From positions 90,001-122,000 of the forward strand of contig NZ_LGHJ01000013.1 in NCBI RefSeq assembly GCF_001306055.1: DNA of 32,000 nt, given 5' to 3'. The notes below the pieces were generated by a model, which had not been told where the DNA came from, searched no databases, and saw nothing but the letters and a program-made list of their open reading frames with translations. This document shows positions 23,991 to 32,000 of the stretch, one piece after another; within the stretch, counting starts at the first letter, position 1, and every line of letters begins with the position of its first letter. The translations under genes and the position numbers were made by a program. The DNA is from Bellilinea caldifistulae (GTDB lineage: Bacteria; Chloroflexota; Anaerolineae; Anaerolineales; Anaerolineaceae).

Positions 23991-26906
23991 TCAGCGTCCG
24001 TTGTCCTTGCAATTGTGCAGGTGATGCAGGGAAAGATATTCACTTAAGTATTGACCGGTATAAGAACCGGGAAAACCGCAAATTTGTTCCGGGGTGCCTT
24101 CAGCAACCAGCATACCGCCCCGGTCACCGCCTTCCGGCCCAAGGTCAATGATGTAATCCGCCACTTTGATGATGTCCATGTTGTGTTCGATGATCAAAAC
24201 CGAATTTCCGGCATCCACCAATCGCTGTAACACTTCAATCAATTTATGGACGTCCGCCGCGTGCAAGCCAACCGAAGGCTCATCCAGCACATACAGGGTG
24301 CGCCCCGTCGCTCGTCGTGAGAGTTCACGGGATAATTTGACCCGCTGAGCCTCGCCGCCGGAGAGTGTGGTGGCTGGCTGCCCGATTCGGATATAACCCA
24401 GCCCCACATCTTCCAGCGTGCGCAATTTGTTGACGATTGCCGGAAAGGCAGAAAAGAAATCCAGCGCTTCACTGACGGTCATATCCAGCACTTCGGCGAT
24501 ATTTTTCCCTTTGAAACGCACCTGCAATGTCTCACGGTTGAATCGCGCCCCATGGCAGACATCGCAGGGAACATATACATCCGGTAAAAATTGCATTTCA
24601 ATCCGCAACTGCCCCTGACCCTGACACGCCTCGCAGCGTCCACCGTGAACATTGAAAGAAAACCGTCCGGCTTTGTAGCCGCGCAGTTTACTCTCCGGCA
24701 ATTCGGCAAACAATTTGCGGATTTCATCGAATAAACCGGTATAAGTGCCGGGGTTGGAACGCGGCGTTCTTCCAATTGGAGATTGGTCAATGTTGATAAT
24801 CTTATCGAGGTGTTCCAGCCCCTCAATGCGCTCGTACTCTCCCGGTTGAGTGTGCGCCCCGTTCAAATCACGGGCTAACGCATTGTAAAGCACATCCACC
24901 ATCAGTGTAGATTTTCCCGACCCGGAAACACCGGTAATGCAAACCAGTTTACCAAGTGGAATGGTTACATCCAGATTTTTCAGATTATTGGCGCGCGCGC
25001 CAATGATGCGCAGGGCTTTACCGTTGCCATTCCGTCGTTTGGGCGGCAGTGGCACCTGCTGACGGCCGGAGAGATAAGCCCCCGTCAGCGATTGGGGGTT
25101 TTCCAGAATCATCTGCGGAGTACCTTCCGCGACGATATAGCCGCCATGTTCCCCCGCACCCGGGCCAAGGTCAATCACCCAATCCGCCGCACGAATGGTT
25201 TCCTCATCATGTTCCACCACCAGAACGGTGTTTCCCAAATCGCGTAACCCTTTGAGAGTTGCCAGCAGGCGGTTGTTGTCGCGCGGGTGCAGACCAATCG
25301 AGGGTTCGTCCAGCACGTACAAGACGCCCATCAGCCGCGAACCAATCTGAGTAGCCAGACGGATACGCTGCGCTTCACCACCGGAAAGCGTACTGGCGGA
25401 CCGGTTCAGGGTCAGGTAATCCAGCCCTACATCCACCAGAAAACCCAGCCGGGCTTCAATCTCCTTCAAAACCCTGCCGGCGATCGCCTGATCGCGTGCC
25501 GAAAGTGGGGATTGCGGGCCATTCAAACGTTTGACCCATTCGAGTGTTCGATTAACCGGCCAGGAAGTCACCTCAACGATGTTGTAGTTATCCACCGTGA
25601 CTGCCAGCGCTTCGGGCCGCAAACGGCTGCCGTGACAGGTGGGGCAAGGACGGTCGCTCATAAATTCGGTGATCTTGTTGCGGATATACTCCGAAGAAGT
25701 CTCCCGGTAGCGCCGTTCCAGATTGGGAATGACCCCTTCAAAGGCAGTCTGGTAGGATGACTGCCGGTCATTTCGACCGTGAAAATGAACGCGGACTTCC
25801 TCGCCACCAGTACCGTACAGGATTTTATCCAATTTCTCTTTGGGGATGGTGTGAACCGGGGCATCCAGGTCAATATGATACCGTGCCGCAACCGCTTCAA
25901 CCATTTGCCAGTAATAACCTCCCTGGTCGCGCGGGCCATTCCATTCCAATGCAATAATCGCCCCGTCATTCAAAGAACGTTCCTTGTCAGGTATCAGCAA
26001 ATCGGGATCAATTTCCAGTTTGCTGCCCAAACCCTGACAATCGGGGCAGGCGCCATGCGGGGTGTTAAACGAAAATGTACGTGGTTCAATTTCCGGCAAC
26101 GAAACGCCGTGTTCCGGACAGGCGAGGTGTTCAGAGTAAAACAAATCCTGAGGCGGGTCAGTAGAAAGATTTTGAATAATTAAATACCCCTCACCCACTT
26201 TCAGGGCGGTTTCTACCGAATCAGTCAATCGTGAGCGGGCAGCCTGTTCTTCTTCAGCGGTCTCTGGTTTACTTAAAACCAGACGATCCACCACGGCTTC
26301 AATGTTGTGGATCTTATAGCGGTCAAGTGTGATCTCATCATCCAATGAATAAACCACACCATCTACGCGCACCCGCACAAAACCGGCTTTGCGGATCTCA
26401 TCAAAGACCGCCTGATAGGTGCCTTTTCTACCGCGCACAATCGGGGCAAGGATGAGGATACGTGTCCCTTCCGGCATTTTTTCTATCGCATCCACAATCT
26501 CCTGAGCAGACTGCCGAACCACCTCGCGACCGCAAACCGGGCAGTGAGGGATACCCACCCGTGCAAACAAAAGCCGCAGGTAATCATACACTTCGGTAAC
26601 CGTCCCAACTGTTGAACGCGGATTGCGAGAGGTGGCTTTCTGGTCAATCGAAACCGCTGGTGACAACCCCTCAATCGAATCAACATCCGGTTTTTCCATC
26701 TGGCCCAGGAACTGCCGCGCATAAGCCGAGAGCGATTCCACATAACGACGCTGCCCTTCGGCAAAGATCGTATCGAACGCCAGTGAACTTTTACCCGACC
26801 CCGAAAGGCCGGTAATCACCACCAGTTGATCGCGTGGAATTTCAACGGTGATATTTTTCAAGTTGTGTTCGCGAGCGCCGACTACCCGAATGACATTTTG
26901 GGTCAT
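23991..26906 (-). CDS. uvrA: excinuclease ABC subunit A
   Basis: 971 aa with [24 protein letters not shown], Zn-finger CxxC pairs, two LSGGE signature motifs and a near-canonical N-terminus ([12 protein letters not shown]). Confidence 0.97.
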   Translation of the reverse strand: MTQNVIRVVGAREHNLKNITVEIPRDQLVVITGLSGSGKSSLAFDTIFAEGQRRYVESLSAYARQFLGQMEKPDVDSIEGLSPAVSIDQKATSRNPRSTVGTVTEVYDYLRLLFARVGIPHCPVCGREVVRQSAQEIVDAIEKMPEGTRILILAPIVRGRKGTYQAVFDEIRKAGFVRVRVDGVVYSLDDEITLDRYKIHNIEAVVDRLVLSKPETAEEEQAARSRLTDSVETALKVGEGYLIIQNLSTDPPQDLFYSEHLACPEHGVSLPEIEPRTFSFNTPHGACPDCQGLGSKLEIDPDLLIPDKERSLNDGAIIALEWNGPRDQGGYYWQMVEAVAARYHIDLDAPVHTIPKEKLDKILYGTGGEEVRVHFHGRNDRQSSYQTAFEGVIPNLERRYRETSSEYIRNKITEFMSDRPCPTCHGSRLRPEALAVTVDNYNIVEVTSWPVNRTLEWVKRLNGPQSPLSARDQAIAGRVLKEIEARLGFLVDVGLDYLTLNRSASTLSGGEAQRIRLATQIGSRLMGVLYVLDEPSIGLHPRDNNRLLATLKGLRDLGNTVLVVEHDEETIRAADWVIDLGPGAGEHGGYIVAEGTPQMILENPQSLTGAYLSGRQQVPLPPKRRNGNGKALRIIGARANNLKNLDVTIPLGKLVCITGVSGSGKSTLMVDVLYNALARDLNGAHTQPGEYERIEGLEHLDKIINIDQSPIGRTPRSNPGTYTGLFDEIRKLFAELPESKLRGYKAGRFSFNVHGGRCEACQGQGQLRIEMQFLPDVYVPCDVCHGARFNRETLQVRFKGKNIAEVLDMTVSEALDFFSAFPAIVNKLRTLEDVGLGYIRIGQPATTLSGGEAQRVKLSRELSRRATGRTLYVLDEPSVGLHAADVHKLIEVLQRLVDAGNSVLIIEHNMDIIKVADYIIDLGPEGGDRGGMLVAEGTPEQICGFPGSYTGQYLSEYLSLHHLHNCKDNGR

Positions 26907-26923
26907 ATCTATAACCTTTTTTT

Positions 26924-26962
26924 TAGAAACTTTATTCTATTATAACATGCCTTTCGGGCATG
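26924..26962 (-). promoter_or_regulatory. uvrA extended -10 promoter bracketed by two palindromes, one a degenerate SOS-box-like GAA-N6-TTC
   Basis: Minus strand reads TGTTATAAT (26947-26939). Immediately downstream is TAGAATAAAGTTTCTA (26939-26924), with arms TAGAA/TTCTA. Upstream is CATGCC-N5-GGCATG (26946-26962). The ATG is at 26906. Confidence 0.45.
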
Positions 26963-27111
26963 AAAGCAATTTTGAATCAGGCAATCCATAATTGTACCGC
27001 AAATCATAAATGCCTCGTGATTGTTAATAACTCTTAACCTCTTTTTCGCCCATGGATTACATTGGCTATGTATAATCTTTCTATTCCACGAGATCACTTT
27101 GGAGAGTGAAC

Positions 27112-28449
27112 ATGGACGAACAGAAACGCAAACGCGCCATTTGGGCATGGACAATGTACGATTGGGCCAACTCCGCCTTTGCCACTACCATTATGGCAGC
27201 CGTGCTGCCGGTTTATTACACCTCGGTTGCCGCTGCAAACCTCCCGCCAAACATTGCTACCGCCTACTGGGGATTCACCACTTCCATTTCTGCCCTGCTG
27301 GCGGCCATCATCAGTCCCATCCTTGGAGCAATGGCCGATTTCAGCGGCGCGAAAAAACGCTATCTGACCATTTTCATGATTCTGGGTGTGACCGGCACGG
27401 CACTCCTGTACTTTGTGCGCACCGGCGACTGGCTGCTTGGTTCACTCTTTTTCATTTTAGGAAACATCGGCTTTGCCGGCAGCCTGGTCTACTACGATGC
27501 TTTACTGCCTCACGTTGCCAGGCCCGATGAACTGGATCAGGTTTCCTCACGCGGTTATGCAATGGGCTACATCGGCGGAGGTGTGCTGCTGGCCATCAAC
27601 TTAGCTATGATCCTGTTTGTGCCGGGATTTTTTCCACCCGAACAGGAAGCCGAAATCACACAGTTGATGACCCGCATGGCCTTTTTGACCGTTGCGGTGT
27701 GGTGGTTTATCTTCACTCTCCCGCTTCTGAATTACGTCTCTGAACCGAAACGGCGGATTTTACCGGGGGAAGAAAAATTTAACCCTGTTCAAGCCAGTTT
27801 CAGCCGCCTCAGTACTACTTTCAAGGAAATTCGCAACTACCGCGATCTTTCGATTTTCCTGCTGGCGTTCTGGGTTTATGCCAATGGAATCGGCACCATT
27901 ATCACCATGGCCACCGCTTACGGCAACGAAATCGGCATTGGACAAACAACCCTGATCGGCACTTTATTGATGGTGCAATTTCTGGCTGCACCGTTCGCAA
28001 TACTCTTCGGGCGGCTGGCAAAGCGGATTGGGCCGAAAAAAGCCATTTACCTCAGCCTGTCCGTTTATACGCTGATTTCGATTATGGGCTATTTTCTGCA
28101 ATTTGAATGGCAATTCTGGGCATTGGGTGCGTTGGTTGCTACCGTTCAAGGTGGTAGTCAGGCGCTCAGTCGTTCGGTGATGGGACGCATGATCCCCAAA
28201 AGCAAATCTGCGGAGTTTTTTGGCTTTTTTAGCGTGTTTGAAAAGTTTGCCAACATCGCCGGCCCGTTCCTGTTCGGCGTTGTTTCAACGCTGACTGGTG
28301 CAAGCCGTTTGAGCATCGTTTCCCTGATTTTCTTTTTTGGGATCGGTATGTACCTCCTCAGCCGTGTCAATATCGAACGCGGTATGAAAGTGGCTGAATT
28401 GGAAGAACAAACCCTGATTGATCAGGATGTCCTCAATCAACCAGCCTGA
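27112..28449 (+). CDS. MFS transporter, UMF1 / Atg22-like family
   Basis: AWTMYDWANSAFATT is the N-terminal signature, with about 12 TM helices. GGAGAG lies 5 nt before the ATG at 27112, and the ORF-track start at 27106 is a GTG inside the spacer. A TATAAT at 27071-27076 is a possible -10. Confidence 0.8.
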   Translation: MDEQKRKRAIWAWTMYDWANSAFATTIMAAVLPVYYTSVAAANLPPNIATAYWGFTTSISALLAAIISPILGAMADFSGAKKRYLTIFMILGVTGTALLYFVRTGDWLLGSLFFILGNIGFAGSLVYYDALLPHVARPDELDQVSSRGYAMGYIGGGVLLAINLAMILFVPGFFPPEQEAEITQLMTRMAFLTVAVWWFIFTLPLLNYVSEPKRRILPGEEKFNPVQASFSRLSTTFKEIRNYRDLSIFLLAFWVYANGIGTIITMATAYGNEIGIGQTTLIGTLLMVQFLAAPFAILFGRLAKRIGPKKAIYLSLSVYTLISIMGYFLQFEWQFWALGALVATVQGGSQALSRSVMGRMIPKSKSAEFFGFFSVFEKFANIAGPFLFGVVSTLTGASRLSIVSLIFFFGIGMYLLSRVNIERGMKVAELEEQTLIDQDVLNQPA

Positions 28450-28452
28450 CCA

Positions 28453-28554
28453 TCAACCGAGCAAACCGCTCTGGACGGCTGCAAACAACAACGAAATCAG
28501 CAGGATCATTAACCCGATCGCAACGGTGAGGGCGGTCATTAATCGGCTTCGCAT
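28453..28554 (-). CDS. 33-codon sORF encoding a single-TM micropeptide, coupled to the NOX-like gene
   Basis: Below the ORF-track cutoff. The minus strand reads TAG (stop of the upstream gene), then GAGGAGGATTGG, then ATG. It translates to MRSRLMTALTVAIGLMILLISLLFAAVQSGLLG followed by a stop. The SD GGAGGAGG lies 5 nt from the ATG. No homology evidence is available to me. Confidence 0.45.
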   Translation of the reverse strand: MRSRLMTALTVAIGLMILLISLLFAAVQSGLLG

Positions 28555-28566
28555 CCAATCCTCCTC

Positions 28567-29940
28567 CTATACCAGATCAAACCGCTCCGAATGAACATCA
28601 CCGGCAAAGAAACCCATCCTGGCAAGCGCATCTTCAACAGCGTTCATCATCGGAATCGGGCCGCAAATGAAAATCTCCGTCTGATTTTTCCGGCGCTCTG
28701 GCAATAACCAGCGATCCAGAACCTCGCGGGTGATATAGCCCTTTTCACCCTGCCATCCTTCTGGAGGGTTTTCCAGAACATACACCACTTTCAGATTCAA
28801 TCGCCCTTGTAACTCCTCGATTTCATCGCGCAGGGTCAGGCTTTCCAGATCCCTACCCCCGTAAATCAACAACAGCGGCCGTGGATCGTTTCGTTGGGCC
28901 AGCGCGTGCAGCATACTCACTACTGGTGTAATGCCAACCCCGCCGGCGATGAAAACAAATTCTTTGGCGTGAGGGTGGCGGTCAATGCTGAATGCACCGT
29001 ATGGACCATCCACATACACCACGTCGCCGGGTTTCAACTCTTTTATCCGGCGGGTAAAGTCCCCCAATTCTTTGATGGTAAAGCGCAAACGGCCATCGCC
29101 AGCCGGGGCGTTTGAGAAAGAAAAGGGATGCTCGGCATCCTTGAAAGGTGAGCTGAAGGCGGTGATCCATGCAAACTGCCCTGGTTGAAAATCAAATCCG
29201 GCATGGTTGTCCGGCTGCAAAACCAGCGACCAGCAGCCACCGCGCTCTGGTTTGACTTCTTGCACGCGGTAAGGGGTTCGCAAGAGTTGCCAGGGCTTCC
29301 ACACCCTGGTGTAAAGCAGCAAACCCACAAAGAAAATCGAGTAACCCGCCCACAACAGCCGCTTCCAGGGTACATTGATGTACCAGTTGACCCCTAATAC
29401 ATGCAACATTGCAAAAGCGACCGCCGCCGTAGCCAGCACACCGTGCCAGATCCGCCAACGGGTATATTCAATCTTCAACGGCTTGCGCCACAAGGCCATC
29501 ACAATCAATCCGCAGAGAGCCAGCAGGGATGTGACCGCAAACCGAGCCCGCCAGGGCGTTTCTGGTGAAAAAATATTCAAAATGCTGATTGGGTGAATTT
29601 GAGGAACAAAGAGAAGAATTGGGTGGATCAGGATTAAAACAAAAGCCAGAATCGAAATCTGGCGGTGAAATTGATAAACCACGTCCGCCCCATAAGGAGC
29701 TTTGATGGTTTTGAAACGGGCTGTCAGTGCAAATTGCAGGGCCATCATCGCCAGCCCCACAAACCCCAGCGCCACCGACAATTCGCGGATAAACTCACGC
29801 CCAGGCGGTCTGGGAGGTAAAAACATGACCATAACCGGTAAAAGGGTCAGAAACAAATAAACCAGAATCCAGAAAATACCTTGGAGGATACGCTTAAGTC
29901 TATTATTCATGGTCATCGCCCGTTTCATTTTCAATATCAT
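28567..29940 (-). CDS. ferric-reductase/NOX-type flavocytochrome (6-TM bis-heme domain fused to an FAD/NAD(P)H-binding FNR-like domain)
   Basis: Two H-x13-H pairs in TM helices (FHRQISILAFVLILIHP and WHGVLATAAVAFAMLHV), then HPFSFS (FAD), IAGGVGITP (NAD(P)H) and ICGP. The start is uncertain. The ORF-track TTG at 29988 would place a 10-bp hairpin inside the coding region, so I chose the ATG at 29940; 29928, 29916 and 29910 are also possible. Confidence 0.75.
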   Translation of the reverse strand: MILKMKRAMTMNNRLKRILQGIFWILVYLFLTLLPVMVMFLPPRPPGREFIRELSVALGFVGLAMMALQFALTARFKTIKAPYGADVVYQFHRQISILAFVLILIHPILLFVPQIHPISILNIFSPETPWRARFAVTSLLALCGLIVMALWRKPLKIEYTRWRIWHGVLATAAVAFAMLHVLGVNWYINVPWKRLLWAGYSIFFVGLLLYTRVWKPWQLLRTPYRVQEVKPERGGCWSLVLQPDNHAGFDFQPGQFAWITAFSSPFKDAEHPFSFSNAPAGDGRLRFTIKELGDFTRRIKELKPGDVVYVDGPYGAFSIDRHPHAKEFVFIAGGVGITPVVSMLHALAQRNDPRPLLLIYGGRDLESLTLRDEIEELQGRLNLKVVYVLENPPEGWQGEKGYITREVLDRWLLPERRKNQTEIFICGPIPMMNAVEDALARMGFFAGDVHSERFDLV

Positions 29941-29945
29941 AACAT

Positions 29946-29978
29946 ACGCCCTGCGAGATTTTTTAACCCGCAGGGCGT
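29946..29978 (-). terminator. possible terminator or processing hairpin after the epimerase gene
   Basis: ACGCCCTGCG (29946-29955) and CGCAGGGCGT (29969-29978) form a perfect 10-bp stem with a 13-nt loop. On the minus-strand RNA it is followed by AUGUUAUGAUAUUG. It begins 35 nt after the epimerase stop. Confidence 0.35.
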
Positions 29979-30012
29979 TGTTGTACAAGCCTTGAACGAA
30001 CGATGACAGCGG

Positions 30013-30423
30013 TTACGGGGCGGTTAACTCATACAGTTCAATCAGCACACCGCCGCTGCTCTTGGGATGAATAAAGGCCATCTTTCGTCCCGGCAGTTCC
30101 AGAGGTGTCTCGTTGATCAGGCGCACACCCTTGGCCTTCAAGTCTTCCAGCATCCCCTGAATGTCATCCACCTCAAAACACAGGTGGTGCATTCCACCGC
30201 CGCGCTCAGCAAGGAATTTGGCCACCCCCGTATCTTCACTGGTGGGGCGCACCAGTTCCACTTCACTTTCGCCAACCGGAATGAACACAACCGTCGCTTT
30301 TTGGCTGGGAACATCTTCAATATGATCCACCGCAAGCCCCAACGCATCCCGCCAGAAGGTCAGAGAAGCATCCACATCCGGTACGGCAATTGCCACATGG
30401 TTGATTTTCTTGATCTTTGCCAT
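30013..30423 (-). CDS. mce: methylmalonyl-CoA epimerase (VOC/glyoxalase fold)
   Basis: 136 aa with INHVAIAVPDVDASLTFW, GGGMHHLCFEVDDI and IELYE. AAGGAG lies 7 nt before the ATG, and the gene is 15 nt downstream of the mutase gene. Confidence 0.85.
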   Translation of the reverse strand: MAKIKKINHVAIAVPDVDASLTFWRDALGLAVDHIEDVPSQKATVVFIPVGESEVELVRPTSEDTGVAKFLAERGGGMHHLCFEVDDIQGMLEDLKAKGVRLINETPLELPGRKMAFIHPKSSGGVLIELYELTAP

Positions 30424-30438
30424 TTTTCACTCCTTGAA

Positions 30439-32000
30439 CTAAATCCATGCGGGAGGCACATATTCTCCCCACACCTTGCGTAAAACACCGCAAATCTCCC
30501 CCAAGGTTATATCATTTTCCACCATGGTAATGAACAGGGGCATCAGATTTTCATTGCCTTTAGCGGCAATTTCCAGCTGTCCCAGCAGCTCAGAGACCTT
30601 TGCCGAATCTCGCCCGGCTCGCAATTCTGCCAGTCGCTGGCGTTGCTGCTGCTCGATGGATGGGTCCACCCGCAAAGCTTCCAGCTCGATCTTTTCTTCC
30701 ACCTGGAATGCATTCACCCCGACCACAATCTGTTCTTTACTTTCAACCGCTTTCTGATAGCGGTAGGCGGCATCCTGAATCTCGTTTTGGATATAACCGC
30801 TTTCAATGGCAGCCAGCGCCCCGCCCATTGCATCTATTTTCTGGATGTATTCGCAGGCGCGTTGTTCTATCTCATTGGTCAAGTACTCGATGACGTAAGA
30901 ACCCGCCAGCGGGTCAATCGTATCGGCTACGCCCGATTCGTAGGCGATGATCTGTTGTGTACGCAGGGCAACCCGCACCGATTTTTCAGTCGGCAGCCAC
31001 AAGGCTTCGTCCATGCTGTTCGTATGCAGGGACTGCGTACCACCCAGCACGGCAGCAAGAGCCTGTATGGCGACGCGTACGATGTTGTTCTCCGGCTGCT
31101 GAGCTGTCAGCGTTGAACCGCCCGTCTGAGTGTGAAAACGCAACATCCACGATTTGGGATCCTGAGCGTGAAACCGCTCCCGCATGATTCTGGCCCACAT
31201 CCGGCGTGCCGCCCGGAACTTGGCAATTTCTTCCAGAAAGTTGTTGTGGGCTGCAAAGAAAAAGGACAATTGGTCGGCAAAGCGGTCAACCTCCAGGCCG
31301 GCTTGAATGGCAGCCTGAACATACGCAATCGCATCCGCCAGGGTGAAGGCGACTTCCTGCACAGCCGTTGACCCGGCTTCACGGATGTGATACCCCGAAA
31401 TGCTGATCGTATTCCAGCGCGGGACGTTCTTTCCGCAATACTGAAACACATCCGTAATCAGCCGCATGGATGGCGCCGGCGGGAAAATATAGGTGCCGCG
31501 TGCCACATACTCCTTGAGAATATCGTTTTGAATGGTGCCTCGCAACCATTTTTCCTCAACACCCTGGCGGCGGGCAACTGCAATATACATTGCCAGCAAA
31601 ATCGCGGCTGGGGCGTTAATGGTCATGCTGGTAGAGACTTTGTCAAGCGGAATTTCATTGAAGAGAATTTCCATGTCCCTCAGAGAGGATATCGAAACCC
31701 CCACCTTGCCGACCTCACCGCTGGCAATCGGGTCATCAGCATCGTATCCGATTTGAGTGGGCAAATCAAACGCAACCGAAAGCCCGGTCTGCCCCTGCTG
31801 AAGCAAATAGCGATAACGGCGATTGGATTCTTCTGCCGTTGCGTAACCAGCATACTGGCGCATCGTCCAAAAACGGCCACGGTACATGGTGGGTTGGACG
31901 CCACGAGTGAATGGATACTCCCCCGGAAAACCCAATTCTTTGAGATAGTCACACTTAAATGGCAATCCCAGCCGTGGTAAGGGAATTTGAGAGGGTGTGA
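30439..32000 (-). CDS. methylmalonyl-CoA (acyl-CoA) mutase large catalytic subunit, N-terminus outside the window
   Basis: [59 protein letters not shown]. The ORF-track start is a TTG at 31965, but the frame stays open to position 32000 (..[15 protein letters not shown]..), so the gene is 5-prime truncated by the window. No B12-binding domain is fused, so this is a split-type mutase. Confidence 0.9.
   Translation of the reverse strand, partial: TPSQIPLPRLGLPFKCDYLKELGFPGEYPFTRGVQPTMYRGRFWTMRQYAGYATAEESNRRYRYLLQQGQTGLSVAFDLPTQIGYDADDPIASGEVGKVGVSISSLRDMEILFNEIPLDKVSTSMTINAPAAILLAMYIAVARRQGVEEKWLRGTIQNDILKEYVARGTYIFPPAPSMRLITDVFQYCGKNVPRWNTISISGYHIREAGSTAVQEVAFTLADAIAYVQAAIQAGLEVDRFADQLSFFFAAHNNFLEEIAKFRAARRMWARIMRERFHAQDPKSWMLRFHTQTGGSTLTAQQPENNIVRVAIQALAAVLGGTQSLHTNSMDEALWLPTEKSVRVALRTQQIIAYESGVADTIDPLAGSYVIEYLTNEIEQRACEYIQKIDAMGGALAAIESGYIQNEIQDAAYRYQKAVESKEQIVVGVNAFQVEEKIELEALRVDPSIEQQQRQRLAELRAGRDSAKVSELLGQLEIAAKGNENLMPLFITMVENDITLGEICGVLRKVWGEYVPPAWI

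Noticed and set aside
26909-27154. 81-aa minus-strand ORF in the uvrA/MFS divergent intergenic region
   Set aside because: It overlaps both promoter regions and the MFS start, has no SD, and gives a Cys/Lys-rich low-plausibility product.
29941-29988. N-terminal 16 codons of the NOX-like ORF as given in the track (TTG start at 29988)
   Set aside because: This segment contains the perfect 10-bp hairpin 29946-29978 that follows the epimerase gene. It begins with a TTG lacking an SD and encodes a non-membrane basic tail, so downstream ATGs are more plausible starts.

Overview
Chromosomal-looking 32-kb window from a moderately GC-rich bacterium. The gene content and a Pro/Thr/Gln-rich lipoprotein linker suggest Chloroflexota (Anaerolineae-like), but that is a weak inference. 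I support 27 protein-coding genes. Two run off the window edges and are missing or truncated in the ORF track, and one is a 33-codon sORF below the track cutoff. I saw no rRNA, tRNA, CRISPR array, transposase or integrase. Everything from 1 to 19985 is on the minus strand. The core of that block (638-18985) looks like a nucleobase/ureide catabolic supercluster. It has an 8-oxoguanine-deaminase-like amidohydrolase, adenine deaminase and a HutC-type GntR regulator. These are followed by two divergent transcarbamylase paralogs plus carbamate kinase, then a BMP-family (nucleoside-type) ABC importer. The block ends with two fold-type-II PLP enzymes flanking a GT2 glycosyltransferase, an unplaceable 205-aa protein, and a dihydropyrimidinase/hydantoinase coupled to a membrane protein. 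The parts list recalls the E. coli ygeW-ygeX-hyuA-yqeA-ssnA neighbourhood but is built differently, and this is my main candidate for an undescribed, ATP-yielding ureide phosphorolysis pathway. The right-hand part is mixed housekeeping: folD, ugd, an orphan beta-class DNA methyltransferase, and an SPFH/stomatin protein translationally coupled to an HPS/OMPDC-family protein. It continues with uvrA, a UMF1/Atg22-type MFS transporter, a NOX/FRE-like flavocytochrome followed by the hidden sORF, methylmalonyl-CoA epimerase, and the mutase large subunit (partial). Several ORF-track starts are over-extended because a Shine-Dalgarno sequence lies inside the predicted N-terminus, so I trimmed them. All long antisense ORFs in the track are codon-aligned shadows of real genes.
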